In this document: piece by piece, positions 19,467 to 29,872 of the stretch
Layout of the letters: the number at the start of each line of letters is the position of its first letter
Numbering within the stretch: position 1 is the stretch's first letter
NCBI GenBank assembly: GCA_047601445.1
Contig: JASGJH010000001.1
Span: 2,784,001 to 2,848,000 of the forward strand
Source of the DNA: Myxococcales bacterium
GTDB lineage: Bacteria > Myxococcota_A > Polyangia > Polyangiales > DASUME01
Reading direction: 5' to 3'
DNA: 64,000 nucleotides
Notes under the pieces: model-generated
What the model was told of the DNA's origin: nothing
Database searches by the model: none
Seen by the model: the letters and a program-made list of their open reading frames with translations, nothing else
Made by a program: the position numbers and the translations under genes

Positions 19467-20159
19467 ATGTCGCAACGCGGCGTTCTCTCGCATCCCCCCG
19501 TCATCGAGGTCGATCTGCTGGCGGACCACGCGCCTGCGCGGACCGAGGCGAGTTTCCTGTGGGTACGCCATGTCACGCTGCAGAACCGCTACGCGGATGG
19601 GCACCGCAGCAAGGCCTACGAGTACTTCATGGTGGAGCGCACCCTGCTCGACGCGGTCGCCATCGTGCTCTTTCGACGCGACGATGCGGGCGGCGTCGAG
19701 GTCGTGCTGCGCTCGCAGCTGCGGCCACCGCTCGCCTTTCGGCACACCTACGATGTCCCGTTGCTGGCTCCGGGCACGGGCGCAGTGCAGTGGGAAATCC
19801 CGGCAGGCCTGATCGAGCTCGGCGAGCGCGGTGAGGCGGGCCTGTTTCGACGCGCCAGCGCGGAGGTGCTCGAAGAGGTCGGATTCGTATTGCCACCCGA
19901 GCGTTTCTCGATGCTGGGACCCGCCTCCAGCTTGAGTCCTGGACTGTTGGCCGAGAAGCTGCATTTCGTGTGCGCCGAGCTGCGAGCCGGGGACCAACGC
20001 GTCAGCGCAGCTGGCGACGGACATGCCGTGGAGGAGGGATCCGTCAGCGTGTTCGTTCCGCTCGCCGAAGCCGTGGCCGCCGTGGATGCGGGCTTGGTGC
20101 ACGACGTGAAGACCGAAGTAGGCCTCGCGCGCCTGGCGCGTTTGGTCGGAGCTCCGTGA
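19467..20159 (+). CDS. NUDIX hydrolase (ADP-ribose pyrophosphatase-like)
   Basis: WEIPAGLIE…ASAEVLEEVG Nudix box, SPG motif and DVKT. Confidence 0.85.
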   Translation: MSQRGVLSHPPVIEVDLLADHAPARTEASFLWVRHVTLQNRYADGHRSKAYEYFMVERTLLDAVAIVLFRRDDAGGVEVVLRSQLRPPLAFRHTYDVPLLAPGTGAVQWEIPAGLIELGERGEAGLFRRASAEVLEEVGFVLPPERFSMLGPASSLSPGLLAEKLHFVCAELRAGDQRVSAAGDGHAVEEGSVSVFVPLAEAVAAVDAGLVHDVKTEVGLARLARLVGAP

Positions 20160-21133
20160 TGGCGCGCGCCAAGAAAATCGTCCGCCCGAGCCGCCCTCGG
20201 GCCAAGATCGAGAAGTCCCCTCGCGCGCGTCGCAGCGTAAAGAGCGCGCCGCGGGTGTTGGTGATCTACAAGAAGTCGACCTATCAGCTCTGGGTCTCCG
20301 AGCGCAAGAACCCCCACGCGCGGGCGCTGCTCAAGCGCAAGGACCGCTCCGTGGAGCGCATGTTGGCCGCCCACGAAGACCACGTGCACACCATCCAAGC
20401 TGCGCGCGGCATCCTCGACGACCTCGGGGTCGATGCCGTCTTCCGCTACCGGGCCGACGCCGACCGCGCCGAGAATTTCGATCTGGTGATCACGCTCGGC
20501 GGCGATGGCACGCTGCTCTGGGCGTCTCACCTGGTGGGCAAGCAGCCGATGCTTGCCATCAACACGGCTCCCCAGGACAGCATCGGCTACTTCTGCGGCG
20601 GCACCAAGGACACGCTCGAAGAGTCGCTGCGCGCCGCCGTCGAAGGCACCCTGCCCGCCCACCAGCTCACGCGCATGCAAATCGCGCTCGATGGCGACGT
20701 CCTCTCGCGTCGCGTCCTCAACGACGTGCTGTTCTGCCACGAGTGTCCCGCGGCCACGACGCGCTACCTGATCCGCCACGGCCAGCGTGAAGAGGACCAG
20801 CGTTCGAGCGGCGTCTGGGTAGGTCCGGCGGCGGGCTCCACGGCGGCCCAGCGCTCGGCGGGCGGCAAAGTCTTGCCCCTCGACTCCAGCCAAATGCAGT
20901 TCGTGGTGCGCGAACCCTACATGCCCAACGGCACCCGCTACGGCTTGGTGAGGGGTCTCTTGGGGCCCGACGAAGAGCTCCAGATCACCAGCAAGATCCA
21001 CGGGGGTAGGCTGTACGTGGATGGCCCACATCTTCGACGCAAGGTGGACCTCGGCAGCATCATCATGCTGAAGCGCTCTCCCGAACCGCTCACCCTGCTT
21101 GGCTTTCGGGCTCGACGACGCCCTTCGGGGTGA
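20159..21133 (+). CDS. NAD(+)/NADH kinase
   Basis: GGDGTLL, LND and GPAAGSTA..RSAGG motifs; TGATG coupling to the NUDIX gene. Confidence 0.9.
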   Translation: MARAKKIVRPSRPRAKIEKSPRARRSVKSAPRVLVIYKKSTYQLWVSERKNPHARALLKRKDRSVERMLAAHEDHVHTIQAARGILDDLGVDAVFRYRADADRAENFDLVITLGGDGTLLWASHLVGKQPMLAINTAPQDSIGYFCGGTKDTLEESLRAAVEGTLPAHQLTRMQIALDGDVLSRRVLNDVLFCHECPAATTRYLIRHGQREEDQRSSGVWVGPAAGSTAAQRSAGGKVLPLDSSQMQFVVREPYMPNGTRYGLVRGLLGPDEELQITSKIHGGRLYVDGPHLRRKVDLGSIIMLKRSPEPLTLLGFRARRRPSG

Positions 21134-21193
21134 ATCGCGCAGAGCCTGCGCAAGTCGGTAAAGTCTGCTCGGGGGGCGTGCAGTCTTGACCAC

Positions 21194-21327
21194 ACCGTGA
21201 AATGAATTTCGCGGTCGGACGTGACGCAGCGTAAGACCTTACTCAGCGCCAACGGGCCATTTCTCCAGAAACAAGCGGTTTTCGAGCTCTAGCGGTGCCT
21301 CACCCCGACTCGGGCATGGAACCTGCT
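21194..21327 (+). promoter_or_regulatory. Putative sigma54 promoter with upstream palindromic activator site
   Basis: GGGCATGGAACCTGCT (GG-N10-GC, 21312-21327); inverted repeat ACCGTGAAAT-GA-ATTTCGCGGT at 21194-21215. Confidence 0.55.
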
Positions 21328-21340
21328 TTGCCGCTGACCC

Positions 21341-22354
21341 ATGCGAATCACGCGCACTCGTCTCCTCATTCTCCTTTCGACGCTCCTGACCATCCTCCCC
21401 ACGACTGCCTGGGCGGCCGACGTCGCCATCTTCCCGGCCGAGACCAGCAACCTCGCCCCCGCAGACAACCTGGCGGTGGGTGAATTGCTTGCCCAGGCCT
21501 ACGCCGGCGTGTCCCGGCAGGCCGTGCTGTCCCCGGTCCGCACCGAGTATGCGGTCGCGCATGCCACTACCTACGAGGGCGCGGCCCAGAGCCTCGGGGT
21601 CACGGAGTACGTTCGGACGAGCACGCTGGCGGTGGGTCGCCTGATCGTCATCACGGCCACTCGCTACACCTCGGACGGCACCTTCGTCTACCAGTCCAAG
21701 ATGACGGCGCACTCCATGGAAGACTTGCCCGCCATCAGCGACCGCATGGCCAAGGCGCTCTGGCATCGCGTGGACGACTCCGAGGTCCGCACCCGCGACA
21801 ACGTGGTGCAGGACGAAGCGCGCGTGAAGCCGCGCGTCGCCAGCGAGAAGGTGTTCGGCTTCAAGACGGGTGTCTACTTCCCCATGGCGCGGGGCGCCAA
21901 GTTCGACACCTCGATCGGTCTGCAGTTCGATATCCGCTTCGAGATGGACCGCTTCTTCCTCGAGTTCGCCGCGGGCTTCATCTTTCCGACCAGCTTCGCC
22001 GATAACACCTGCAGCAGCTACGACGAGAGCGCCGGCTACTGCACCGGCAGCGACCGCAAGCACGGTACCGTGGGCGGCTTCACGGGTGAAATCGGCGCCA
22101 GCTACTTCCTCACCAACGGCAACGCCGCGCCTTACATCGGTATTGGCTTGATTCCGCGCCTCACGGTGGACATCAACAACGACGTCGCGAACATGCTCGC
22201 CTACGCGCAGCTCGGCATCATGTTGCCACGCGATTCTTCGATCCGGTTCTACGGTGACTTCCGCGCGTCGCAGGGCTTGCTCGAGACTCATCTCGAGAAC
22301 GGCGCCGGGGTGCACACCACCGAGCTGACCCTCCACGTGGGCTTCGGCTGGTGA
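21341..22354 (+). CDS. Secreted protein with N-terminal alpha/beta domain and C-terminal outer-membrane beta-barrel
   Basis: Signal peptide ending AWA; alternating beta strands; terminal LHVGFGW beta-signal. Confidence 0.7.
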   Translation: MRITRTRLLILLSTLLTILPTTAWAADVAIFPAETSNLAPADNLAVGELLAQAYAGVSRQAVLSPVRTEYAVAHATTYEGAAQSLGVTEYVRTSTLAVGRLIVITATRYTSDGTFVYQSKMTAHSMEDLPAISDRMAKALWHRVDDSEVRTRDNVVQDEARVKPRVASEKVFGFKTGVYFPMARGAKFDTSIGLQFDIRFEMDRFFLEFAAGFIFPTSFADNTCSSYDESAGYCTGSDRKHGTVGGFTGEIGASYFLTNGNAAPYIGIGLIPRLTVDINNDVANMLAYAQLGIMLPRDSSIRFYGDFRASQGLLETHLENGAGVHTTELTLHVGFGW

Positions 22355-22391
22355 TCGCGCGGGCCTCGGAGCGGACGGCTACCGGGCGCCC

Positions 22392-22979
22392 CTAGAGTCC
22401 CTCGAGGTCCTGCGGTCCATCGACGTCGAAGCACAAGCCTGGCGCGCGCAGCACGCGGACCTCGCAGCCATGGGCCTCGGCCCGCGCGAGGTGCTGCTGA
22501 AAGCTATCGCCGCGACCGAAGCAGCTGGCGAACAAGGTGGGCGGCTTGAGTGCGAGGACGTTGGTGCCGGCCTCGCCGCCGTCCGGTGACACCGCCACCG
22601 GCGCGCTTTTCAGGGCCTCGACGACGGTGCGGATTTCATCCGCCGCCAGGTGCGGCAAATCCGCCATGCAAACCAGGGCAGCCTCGGCACCGAGCGCAGC
22701 CGCGCGCGCGAGACCCGCGTCGATGATTTGCGCGAGTGTGAAGCCGGGAGCATCGCGCAAGACCTGGGCCCCGCGTGCGAGGGCCAGCGCTTCGACTTCG
22801 GGGTCGTCGGTAAGCACGAGCACGTTGGCGAGGGTCGGCACCTGCTGCAGCGTGCTCACGACGTGCTCGAAGAGTCCCCGCGCGAAGGCGGCTCGCACGG
22901 GGTCGCTGAGCACCTCACCCAGGCGCGATTTGGCGCGCTGGAACCCCTTGGCAGGCAGCACCGCCCAGATGGCACTCAC
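22392..22979 (-). CDS. cofC: Phospho-acid guanylyltransferase CofC/FbiD
   Basis: [18 protein letters not shown]…GTN, FG..DSFQQH and DVDGPQDL motifs. Confidence 0.93.
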   Translation of the reverse strand: MSAIWAVLPAKGFQRAKSRLGEVLSDPVRAAFARGLFEHVVSTLQQVPTLANVLVLTDDPEVEALALARGAQVLRDAPGFTLAQIIDAGLARAAALGAEAALVCMADLPHLAADEIRTVVEALKSAPVAVSPDGGEAGTNVLALKPPTLFASCFGRGDSFQQHLARAEAHGCEVRVLRAPGLCFDVDGPQDLEGL

Positions 22980-23899
22980 CGGAGCCCCTCCACGAAGGCG
23001 AGTACCTCGCGCGCGAGGCGCAAGCGGTCCGCTTTGCCGCCCATCACGGTGGAGGCGGCGTAGCTCGGGATGGACAGGCCGTGCTCGTCACCATGCTCGA
23101 CCACGATGCCCGACAGCAGCCCTGCGTAGTGCTCCACGATCGCCGCGGGCGACGCCACGCGGTGCGCGAGTCTCGGGATCATCTCGGCCAGTGGGCCCTT
23201 CACTGCGCGGCCACCGACGATCGGTGACACCGTGACGACGAGCTTGTCCTGCAGCGCATCGCGCACGCCTCCGAGGGTCAAGATCGGATCCACCGACACA
23301 TAGGGATTGGAGGGGCCGATCAGCACCAGCTCCGCCTCCGCCAGGGCCGTCAACACCCGCGCGCTCGCCTGGGCCTCACCGCGGAAGCGCACGGAACGCA
23401 CGCTGGGCGCGCGATGCTCCACGAGCCAGCGCTGAAAGGGCAGCTCTCCGTGCTCGAGCGTGTCGATCCAGGTGGGTCTGGGGGCGTCGCACATCGGGAG
23501 CACACGCGGCTTCACGCCATGGAGCTCGAACAAGCGCGCGGTCACCGAGCTCAAAGACTCCCCCGCCGCCAATGCCTGCGTTCTCAGGAGGTGCGTGGCC
23601 AGGTCGCGATCGCCGAGCCCAAACCAGGCGTCGGCACCCAGCTCGCGCATGCGTTCGAGGGTACGGAAGGATTCGTCGCGCAGGCCCCAGCCGCGGGCTT
23701 CGTCGGCCACGTCGGCCAACGTGTACATCACGGTGTCGAGATCCGGGCAGATCGTGAGGCCCCAGTGGGTGAAGTCATCGCCAGTGTTGACCACGACCGT
23801 GAGCGATTCCGGGGCCAGCGCCTGGGCGACCCCGTGCAACAGGCGGGCGCCACCCACGCCTCCCGAGAGAAACACGACGCGATGAAATGGCGCGCTCAT
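22976..23899 (-). CDS. cofD: LPPG/EPPG:FO transferase CofD/FbiA
   Basis: [46 protein letters not shown] and VKGPLA motifs. Confidence 0.95.
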   Translation of the reverse strand: MSAPFHRVVFLSGGVGGARLLHGVAQALAPESLTVVVNTGDDFTHWGLTICPDLDTVMYTLADVADEARGWGLRDESFRTLERMRELGADAWFGLGDRDLATHLLRTQALAAGESLSSVTARLFELHGVKPRVLPMCDAPRPTWIDTLEHGELPFQRWLVEHRAPSVRSVRFRGEAQASARVLTALAEAELVLIGPSNPYVSVDPILTLGGVRDALQDKLVVTVSPIVGGRAVKGPLAEMIPRLAHRVASPAAIVEHYAGLLSGIVVEHGDEHGLSIPSYAASTVMGGKADRLRLAREVLAFVEGLR

Positions 23900-24708
23900 G
23901 CGTACAAATCCTGCTTGGGCGTGCGCAACAGCTCGCTGGCACGCGACTCGACCGCATGAAAGGAGAGGCCCCGCACCAGCACCACCGGCCTCGCTTCATC
24001 GGCCTGGCCGGCCACCAAGTCGGCCGCAGCAGCCACCTGGTCCGCGAGCGCGGTGAGCGTGGACTCGAGCTTGCGACCATCGAGATCGGCGCGTCCGATT
24101 TGGTTGTGAAGGGCTGGCAAGCCGGAGACGCCGAGCGCGATGCCCACCGTGCCCTGACGAAAGGGGCGACCATGCGAATCGCTGACCACCACTCCGAGCG
24201 ACACGTCGTAGCGACGCTCGAGGGCCTCGCGGGTGCGTTGTGCGCAGCGATCTGGGTCCTCGGGCAACAGCAGCGCCCAGGGGCCCTCGCCCGTATGGGA
24301 GCTCTGCGGAGGTAGCGCGTTGCTGAGGTCGATGCCCGCGTTGGCCGACACGAAGCCGAGTCGATGGCGCACGATGATCACGTTGGGCGCGGTACGCGAG
24401 ACCTCGGTGCTCTCACGCAAGATGAGCTGCACCAAACGGGCATCCTTGCCCACCTCGCGCGCGAGCTGTTCGGCCTGAATGTCCGGCTCGATGGTCGACA
24501 CGTCCACGAAGCGACCTTCGGCGCGCGAGAACAGCTTGGACGTCACCACCAGCACATCGCCCTGCTGCAGCGAGATCTCCGCGCGCTCGAGCGCCGCCAT
24601 GATCAGTCCCGGCACGTCGTCGCCCGGCGCGACGCGCGGAATACCCGAAAGCGCGGTAAGCGTCAGGCTGCTGGCGCAGCTCACGGCAGGCTGTTGGGCC
24701 TGGCTCAC
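23896..24708 (-). CDS. cofE: Coenzyme F420-0:L-glutamate ligase CofE (no C-terminal nitroreductase domain)
   Basis: [38 protein letters not shown] and [12 protein letters not shown] motifs; 270 aa. Confidence 0.95.
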   Translation of the reverse strand: MSQAQQPAVSCASSLTLTALSGIPRVAPGDDVPGLIMAALERAEISLQQGDVLVVTSKLFSRAEGRFVDVSTIEPDIQAEQLAREVGKDARLVQLILRESTEVSRTAPNVIIVRHRLGFVSANAGIDLSNALPPQSSHTGEGPWALLLPEDPDRCAQRTREALERRYDVSLGVVVSDSHGRPFRQGTVGIALGVSGLPALHNQIGRADLDGRKLESTLTALADQVAAAADLVAGQADEARPVVLVRGLSFHAVESRASELLRTPKQDLYA

Positions 24709-25361
24709 GATTGCCCGGGCAGTCCGATGATGCGGATGCCGGCCCCGTCGCTATGGTAACGCTTGTTCAGATACAAGAGCACCGGCGTCAGGCTCTCGAG
24801 GGCCACGGCGTTACGCAGGGGACCCGCGTCATAGGCGCGCAAGCCGAGATCCGACACCAAAGCGATGGTGACGTCTTTGCTGGGTAGATCGTCTCCGCAT
24901 ACCAAAACGTCACAAGCGAACTCATGCGAGTGGTCTCCCAGGTGCGACGAGCTGACGTGATGCAGAGTGGCCACCAACCGCACCTCGCCTCCCAGGATTT
25001 CCGCGGCCTCTTGGGCCGCAGAGACACCCTTGGGCAGATGAACCTCGCGCACCTTGGGCGGAGCCAGGGGCACGGTGATGTCGATCACCAGCTTGCCCAC
25101 CAGGTCGGCCTTGAGCTCGCGGAGGGTGTCGGCGTGGGCTCCGTAGGGCACGCACAGCACCACCACATCGGCGTCCTGCACGATGGATTGGTTGTCGCCA
25201 CCTGTGATGACGACGCCGGCGGTCTGCGAGAGCTCCTTGGCCTTTTCGACGGCGCGCGCAGCATCGCGGGAACCCACGGAGACCACGTGCCCTGCCTTGG
25301 CCCAACGCACGCTCAGGCCCGTTCCTTCCCGCCCAGTTCCACCGACCAACCCGAGTTTCAT
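24705..25361 (-). CDS. npdG: NADPH-dependent F420 reductase (Fno/NpdG)
   Basis: [33 protein letters not shown] and [14 protein letters not shown] motifs; first gene of the cofEDC operon. Confidence 0.93.
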   Translation of the reverse strand: MKLGLVGGTGREGTGLSVRWAKAGHVVSVGSRDAARAVEKAKELSQTAGVVITGGDNQSIVQDADVVVLCVPYGAHADTLRELKADLVGKLVIDITVPLAPPKVREVHLPKGVSAAQEAAEILGGEVRLVATLHHVSSSHLGDHSHEFACDVLVCGDDLPSKDVTIALVSDLGLRAYDAGPLRNAVALESLTPVLLYLNKRYHSDGAGIRIIGLPGQS

Positions 25362-25492
25362 GGGTGCACTTTCTTCCGCAAATTTCGCCCACCTAGGTGA
25401 GCTATCCGTGTTCTGCTTACGCGACTGAATCGTGAGTGTAGCGCAGCATGTCGCCTTCCGGGTCGCACGCTGCCGAGGGCTCAGGAGAAGGC

Positions 25493-28400
25493 ATGCATAG
25501 TCCAGGTTTCTCGAGGTTTCTCACGGTTTCCCTGCTCGTTCTGGCTAGCCTGCTCGGCGGCACGGCGCGCGCACAGGACCTGCGCAAGCCCGTCCCCAAG
25601 CCCCTCGAACCGTGGGTCCCGTGGGTGCTCGATGACCTGGGCGAGCAGCAGTGTCCGCAGATCGACGACCTGCGCGTGTGCGTGTGGACGACACGGGTCA
25701 CGCTCGACGCCACGGACGCCGGAGCCAGCTTCACGCTCGCGATGACGGTGGACCGCAAGGGCTACGTGGAGCTGCCAGGCTCCCGGGAACGCTGGCCGGA
25801 GGACGTGCGCGTGGACGGCCAGCCGCGAGCCACCCTGCAGAGCAGCGACGGAACCCGACCCATCGTAGAGCTCAGCCCCGGCACCCACAGCATCAGCGGA
25901 CGCTTCGTGTGGAGCAGCCTGCCCGATTCGTTGCAGATGCCAGCCGACCTCGGGAGCCTGGCCCTGCGCGTGAAAGGCACGCCCATCGCCTTTCCCAAGC
26001 GCGAAAAGGATGGCCTCGTGTGGCTAGGCGGTGGCGGCAACGACGCCGCGGAGGAGGAGCGCCTCGAGCTCAGCGTGCACCGCATGATCGAGGACGGCGT
26101 GCCACTCGTGCTTCACACGCGCGTGCGCGTCTCGGCGGGCGGCAAGGCACGGGAGATCGTGCTGCCCAACGTGCTGGTTGCGGGCACGCGGCCCGTGGAG
26201 CTGAGCGCCAACCTGCCGGCGCAGCTGAGCCCCGAGGGCGCGCTGCGCATCCAGGCCCAGGCCGGCGACTACCAGGTGGAGATTCGTGCGGTGGTGCCGA
26301 GTCCCCTCGAGGTGCTCAGCGCTCCGAACGCCGCCGCGCCCTGGCCCGACCATGAAATCTGGGTCTTCCGCGCGGACGATCGACTGCGTCACGTGGAGTT
26401 GAGCGGAGCCCCCCAGGTGGACGCGGCCCGCACCGACCTCGCGCCAGACTGGGCCCATCTGCCCGCCTATTCCGTGGGACCCGGCGTGGGCTTGCGCATC
26501 GAGACCAAGCGACGCGGTGAACCGGAGCCCGCGCCCAACCAGATCCATCTTTCGCGCGCGCTCTGGCTCGACCTCGACGGCGAGGGCTACACGGTGCGCG
26601 ATCACATGAGCGGCGCGATGAACCGCGACTTTCGCGTGGACCTCACTCGGGGCAACCTGGGTCACGCCTTCGTGGACGGGGCCGACCAGGTGATCACCGT
26701 GCACGACAAGAAGAGCGGCGTGGAGATCCGCCAGGGGAACTTCGACCTCAAGGCCGAGTGGCGCATGGACCAGGGTCGCAACGAGCTCGCTGCCGTGGGC
26801 TACGAGCAGGACGTGCACCAGCTCAGCACGGAGCTGAACCTGCCGCCCGGCTTCAAGCTGCTCGGCAGCAGCGGCGTGGACAACCTGCCTGGCACCTGGC
26901 TCGACGAGTGGGACCTGTTCGACTTCTTCTTCGTGCTGTTGCTCTCGTTGGCGGTGGCGAAGATCGCGGGCCGCTTCTTCTTCCCGCTCGCCATCGTGAC
27001 GCTGGTGCTGACGCACAGTGAACCGGAGGCGCCCGCCTTGGCCTGGATCTTCCTGGTCGCGAGCGCAGCCTTGACGCGCGTGGTGCGCGAGGGGCGCTGG
27101 GGCAAGATCGTGCGTGGCACCTTCATCGCGTCCGCGGTGGGTATCCTGCTGGTGATGGTACCCTTCGCCGTCAGCGAGGTGCGGCAGGCCCTGTATCCGC
27201 AGCTCGAGTTCCCCTACACGGGCCCCTCGAGCTACTCGACGCCGGTGTTCTCCGAGAACGCGCCCGCCGCCCCATCAGGTGCCGAAAGCGCGCCGATGGC
27301 CGAGCCCGCGCCCATGCCCGAAGCGCCGGCCCAGATGGAAGGTGGCGGCGGGCTGCAAGACGTACAGAAAGACGAAGCCCAAGAGGAGCGCTCCGAACTC
27401 AAGACACGCGGCCGCCTGGGGAGCTCCTACGGCTCGGGCTACGGCAAGGCCGCCGGCGCGGCACGCCAACTCAAGCAAGAGATCGATCCGAATCAGGTGG
27501 TGCAGACGGGCCCAGGCGTCCCGGTCTGGCGCTTTCGTACGTACAACTTGAGCTGGTCGGGGCCCGTGGAGCACAGCCAACGGCTCTCGCTCTGGATCCT
27601 GCCCCCGGCGCTGACCCGCATCTGGTCGTTGCTCTCGGTGCTGCTGTCCGCCGCCCTGCTGTTCGTGTTGTTGCGCGCGGCACGCAGCGCGGGCGCGGGG
27701 ACGAGCGCTGGCGGGGGACTCGCGGCCAGCGTGCTCGCGTTGCTCGGCGTGCTCGCCGTACAGCCCGCCCAGGCCCAGGACTTTCCCTCGGCCGAGCTGC
27801 TCAACCAGCTGCGCGAACGCCTCACGGAACCCGCGGAATGCGAGCCGAACTGCCTGGCGGTGTCGACCCTCAAGCTCAAGGTCGAAGCCGGCCGCCTGAC
27901 CCTGCGCGTGCAGGTCAACGCAGGCGCCGCCGCCATCTATCAGGCCCCTGGTCCGCTCGAGAGTTGGTCTCCGGAGCAAGTGAAGGTCGATGGCAAGGAG
28001 GCGCTCGCCATGGTGCGCCTCGACGACGGCTTCTTACACGTGAGAGTCGCGCCCGGTCTGCACGAGGTGGAGTTCACGGGCCCGCTTCCGCGCAGTCAGG
28101 CCCTTACCCTGGCGCTCGGCACGCCGCCGCACCGCGTGGAGACCGAGGCGCGCGGCTATGTGATCGACGGCGTCAACCAGGACGGCCACGCCGAAGGGTC
28201 GATCTCGATTCGCCGCGAGCTCGCGGAGGACGCGCAAGACGAGGAGGGCTCGAGCCAGGCACTCGAACCCTGGCTGTCGGTGCGACGCGAGTTCGAGCTC
28301 GGTATCCGCTTCCGTGTGCGCACCGTGATTCAGCGTGTGAGCGCACCGGGCGCGAGCGTGCTGGTGCGCTTGCCGCTGCTCCCCGGCGAGTCGGTCACGG

Positions 28401-29872
28401 AGAGCGGCCTGGTGAGCGAACAAGGCAGCGTGTCCATCGAGCTGCCGCGCGACCAGAGCCAGGTGACCTTCAGCTCGACTCTGGCGCCAACCTCCGAGCT
28501 GAAGCTGCAGGCTGCCACGCCCAACGGCACTCCCAAGGGCGCCGTGGTGCGGCCCTGGAACGAGACCTGGGTCATCCGCCCGAGCGCGCTCTATCACGTC
28601 AGCTTCGACGGCATCGCGCCGATCACGCGCAAGGGCCCCGATGGGGTGTTCGAGCCCGAGTATCGCCCCTGGCCTGGCGAGACCTTGAGCGTGAAGGCCG
28701 AGAAGCTGGCGGCCGCCGAGGGGACCTCGGTCACCATCGACAGCACCCGCCTCGAGCTTCATCCCGGCTCTCGTATGGAGCAATCCACACTCACGCTTCA
28801 GGTGCGCTCGAGTCACGGCACCAGCGAGCGCATCCGGATCCCCGCCCAGGCCATCCTCACCGGTTGCACGGTGGACGGCGAAGCCCGCAGTACGCGCGTG
28901 AAAGACGGCGCCATCGAGCTGCAGCTGAACCCGGGACAGCACAGCGTGGTGCTTACCTTGCAGCGCCCCGTGGGCATGGACAATAGCTACAGCCCGGGCT
29001 CCGTGAGCCTCACGCGTCCGCTCACCAACATCACGACCTCGGTGAACATCCCGGGAGACCGCTGGCTCCTGTGGGCGAGCGGTCCCAGCTGGGGTCCCGC
29101 GGTGTTGTTCTGGGGCTACTTGGTCGTGGTGGTGCTGGCAGCGCTGGGACTCGGCCGGGTTCCCTTCTCGCCGCTCAAGACGCACGAGTGGGTGCTCCTG
29201 GGCCTCGGGCTCACGCAGGTCGACGTGGGGGTGGTGTTCATCGTGCTGGCTTGGCTGTTCTGCCTGGCCTTCCGAGAGCGCAACCCGCCGCGCGAGCCCC
29301 TGCTCTTCAACGCCAACCAGGTGTTCTTGGGCGTGCTCACCGTGGTCGCGCTGTGCTGCCTGGCCTTCGCAGTGCATCAGGGACTGGTCGTGCAGCCGGA
29401 CATGCAGGTGCAGGGACAGGACAGCACCAACGAGCTGCTCAACTGGTACACCGATCGGTCTGCGGGCACCCTCCCCGAGGTGCGCATCTGGAGCGTGCCG
29501 CTCTGGATCTACAAGGGCCTGATGTTGCTCTGGGCCCTGTGGCTCGCGGCCAGCGTGTTGCGCTGGCTGCGCTGGGGCTGGTCCGCGTTCCGACAGGGCG
29601 GCGGTTGGCAGGCAGGAGCCGGCGGACCGCACGTGTTCAAGCGCAACCCCGAGGCCCCCGAGCCGAGCCCTCCGCCAGCGCCGACGGCCGGCACCAGCGG
29701 CGGCACACCCGTCACGTCCCCTGCGCCCGAGGCCCCTGCAGCGCCCTTGGACGTGCAGCGCGTGCCAGGGCAAAATCCACGCGTGCCACTCGACCAGATC
29801 GAGCGTGCCCAAGCGGAGCTCGATCGCGCGCGGAAGCGCGAGCGCGACCCGGAGAGCGGAGAGGATGCCTGA
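25493..29872 (+). CDS. Large (about 1460 aa) internally duplicated multi-pass membrane protein of unknown function
   Basis: RBS AGGAG, signal peptide, and two homologous extracytoplasmic halves each followed by a TM cluster. Confidence 0.8.
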   Translation: MHSPGFSRFLTVSLLVLASLLGGTARAQDLRKPVPKPLEPWVPWVLDDLGEQQCPQIDDLRVCVWTTRVTLDATDAGASFTLAMTVDRKGYVELPGSRERWPEDVRVDGQPRATLQSSDGTRPIVELSPGTHSISGRFVWSSLPDSLQMPADLGSLALRVKGTPIAFPKREKDGLVWLGGGGNDAAEEERLELSVHRMIEDGVPLVLHTRVRVSAGGKAREIVLPNVLVAGTRPVELSANLPAQLSPEGALRIQAQAGDYQVEIRAVVPSPLEVLSAPNAAAPWPDHEIWVFRADDRLRHVELSGAPQVDAARTDLAPDWAHLPAYSVGPGVGLRIETKRRGEPEPAPNQIHLSRALWLDLDGEGYTVRDHMSGAMNRDFRVDLTRGNLGHAFVDGADQVITVHDKKSGVEIRQGNFDLKAEWRMDQGRNELAAVGYEQDVHQLSTELNLPPGFKLLGSSGVDNLPGTWLDEWDLFDFFFVLLLSLAVAKIAGRFFFPLAIVTLVLTHSEPEAPALAWIFLVASAALTRVVREGRWGKIVRGTFIASAVGILLVMVPFAVSEVRQALYPQLEFPYTGPSSYSTPVFSENAPAAPSGAESAPMAEPAPMPEAPAQMEGGGGLQDVQKDEAQEERSELKTRGRLGSSYGSGYGKAAGAARQLKQEIDPNQVVQTGPGVPVWRFRTYNLSWSGPVEHSQRLSLWILPPALTRIWSLLSVLLSAALLFVLLRAARSAGAGTSAGGGLAASVLALLGVLAVQPAQAQDFPSAELLNQLRERLTEPAECEPNCLAVSTLKLKVEAGRLTLRVQVNAGAAAIYQAPGPLESWSPEQVKVDGKEALAMVRLDDGFLHVRVAPGLHEVEFTGPLPRSQALTLALGTPPHRVETEARGYVIDGVNQDGHAEGSISIRRELAEDAQDEEGSSQALEPWLSVRREFELGIRFRVRTVIQRVSAPGASVLVRLPLLPGESVTESGLVSEQGSVSIELPRDQSQVTFSSTLAPTSELKLQAATPNGTPKGAVVRPWNETWVIRPSALYHVSFDGIAPITRKGPDGVFEPEYRPWPGETLSVKAEKLAAAEGTSVTIDSTRLELHPGSRMEQSTLTLQVRSSHGTSERIRIPAQAILTGCTVDGEARSTRVKDGAIELQLNPGQHSVVLTLQRPVGMDNSYSPGSVSLTRPLTNITTSVNIPGDRWLLWASGPSWGPAVLFWGYLVVVVLAALGLGRVPFSPLKTHEWVLLGLGLTQVDVGVVFIVLAWLFCLAFRERNPPREPLLFNANQVFLGVLTVVALCCLAFAVHQGLVVQPDMQVQGQDSTNELLNWYTDRSAGTLPEVRIWSVPLWIYKGLMLLWALWLAASVLRWLRWGWSAFRQGGGWQAGAGGPHVFKRNPEAPEPSPPPAPTAGTSGGTPVTSPAPEAPAAPLDVQRVPGQNPRVPLDQIERAQAELDRARKRERDPESGEDA

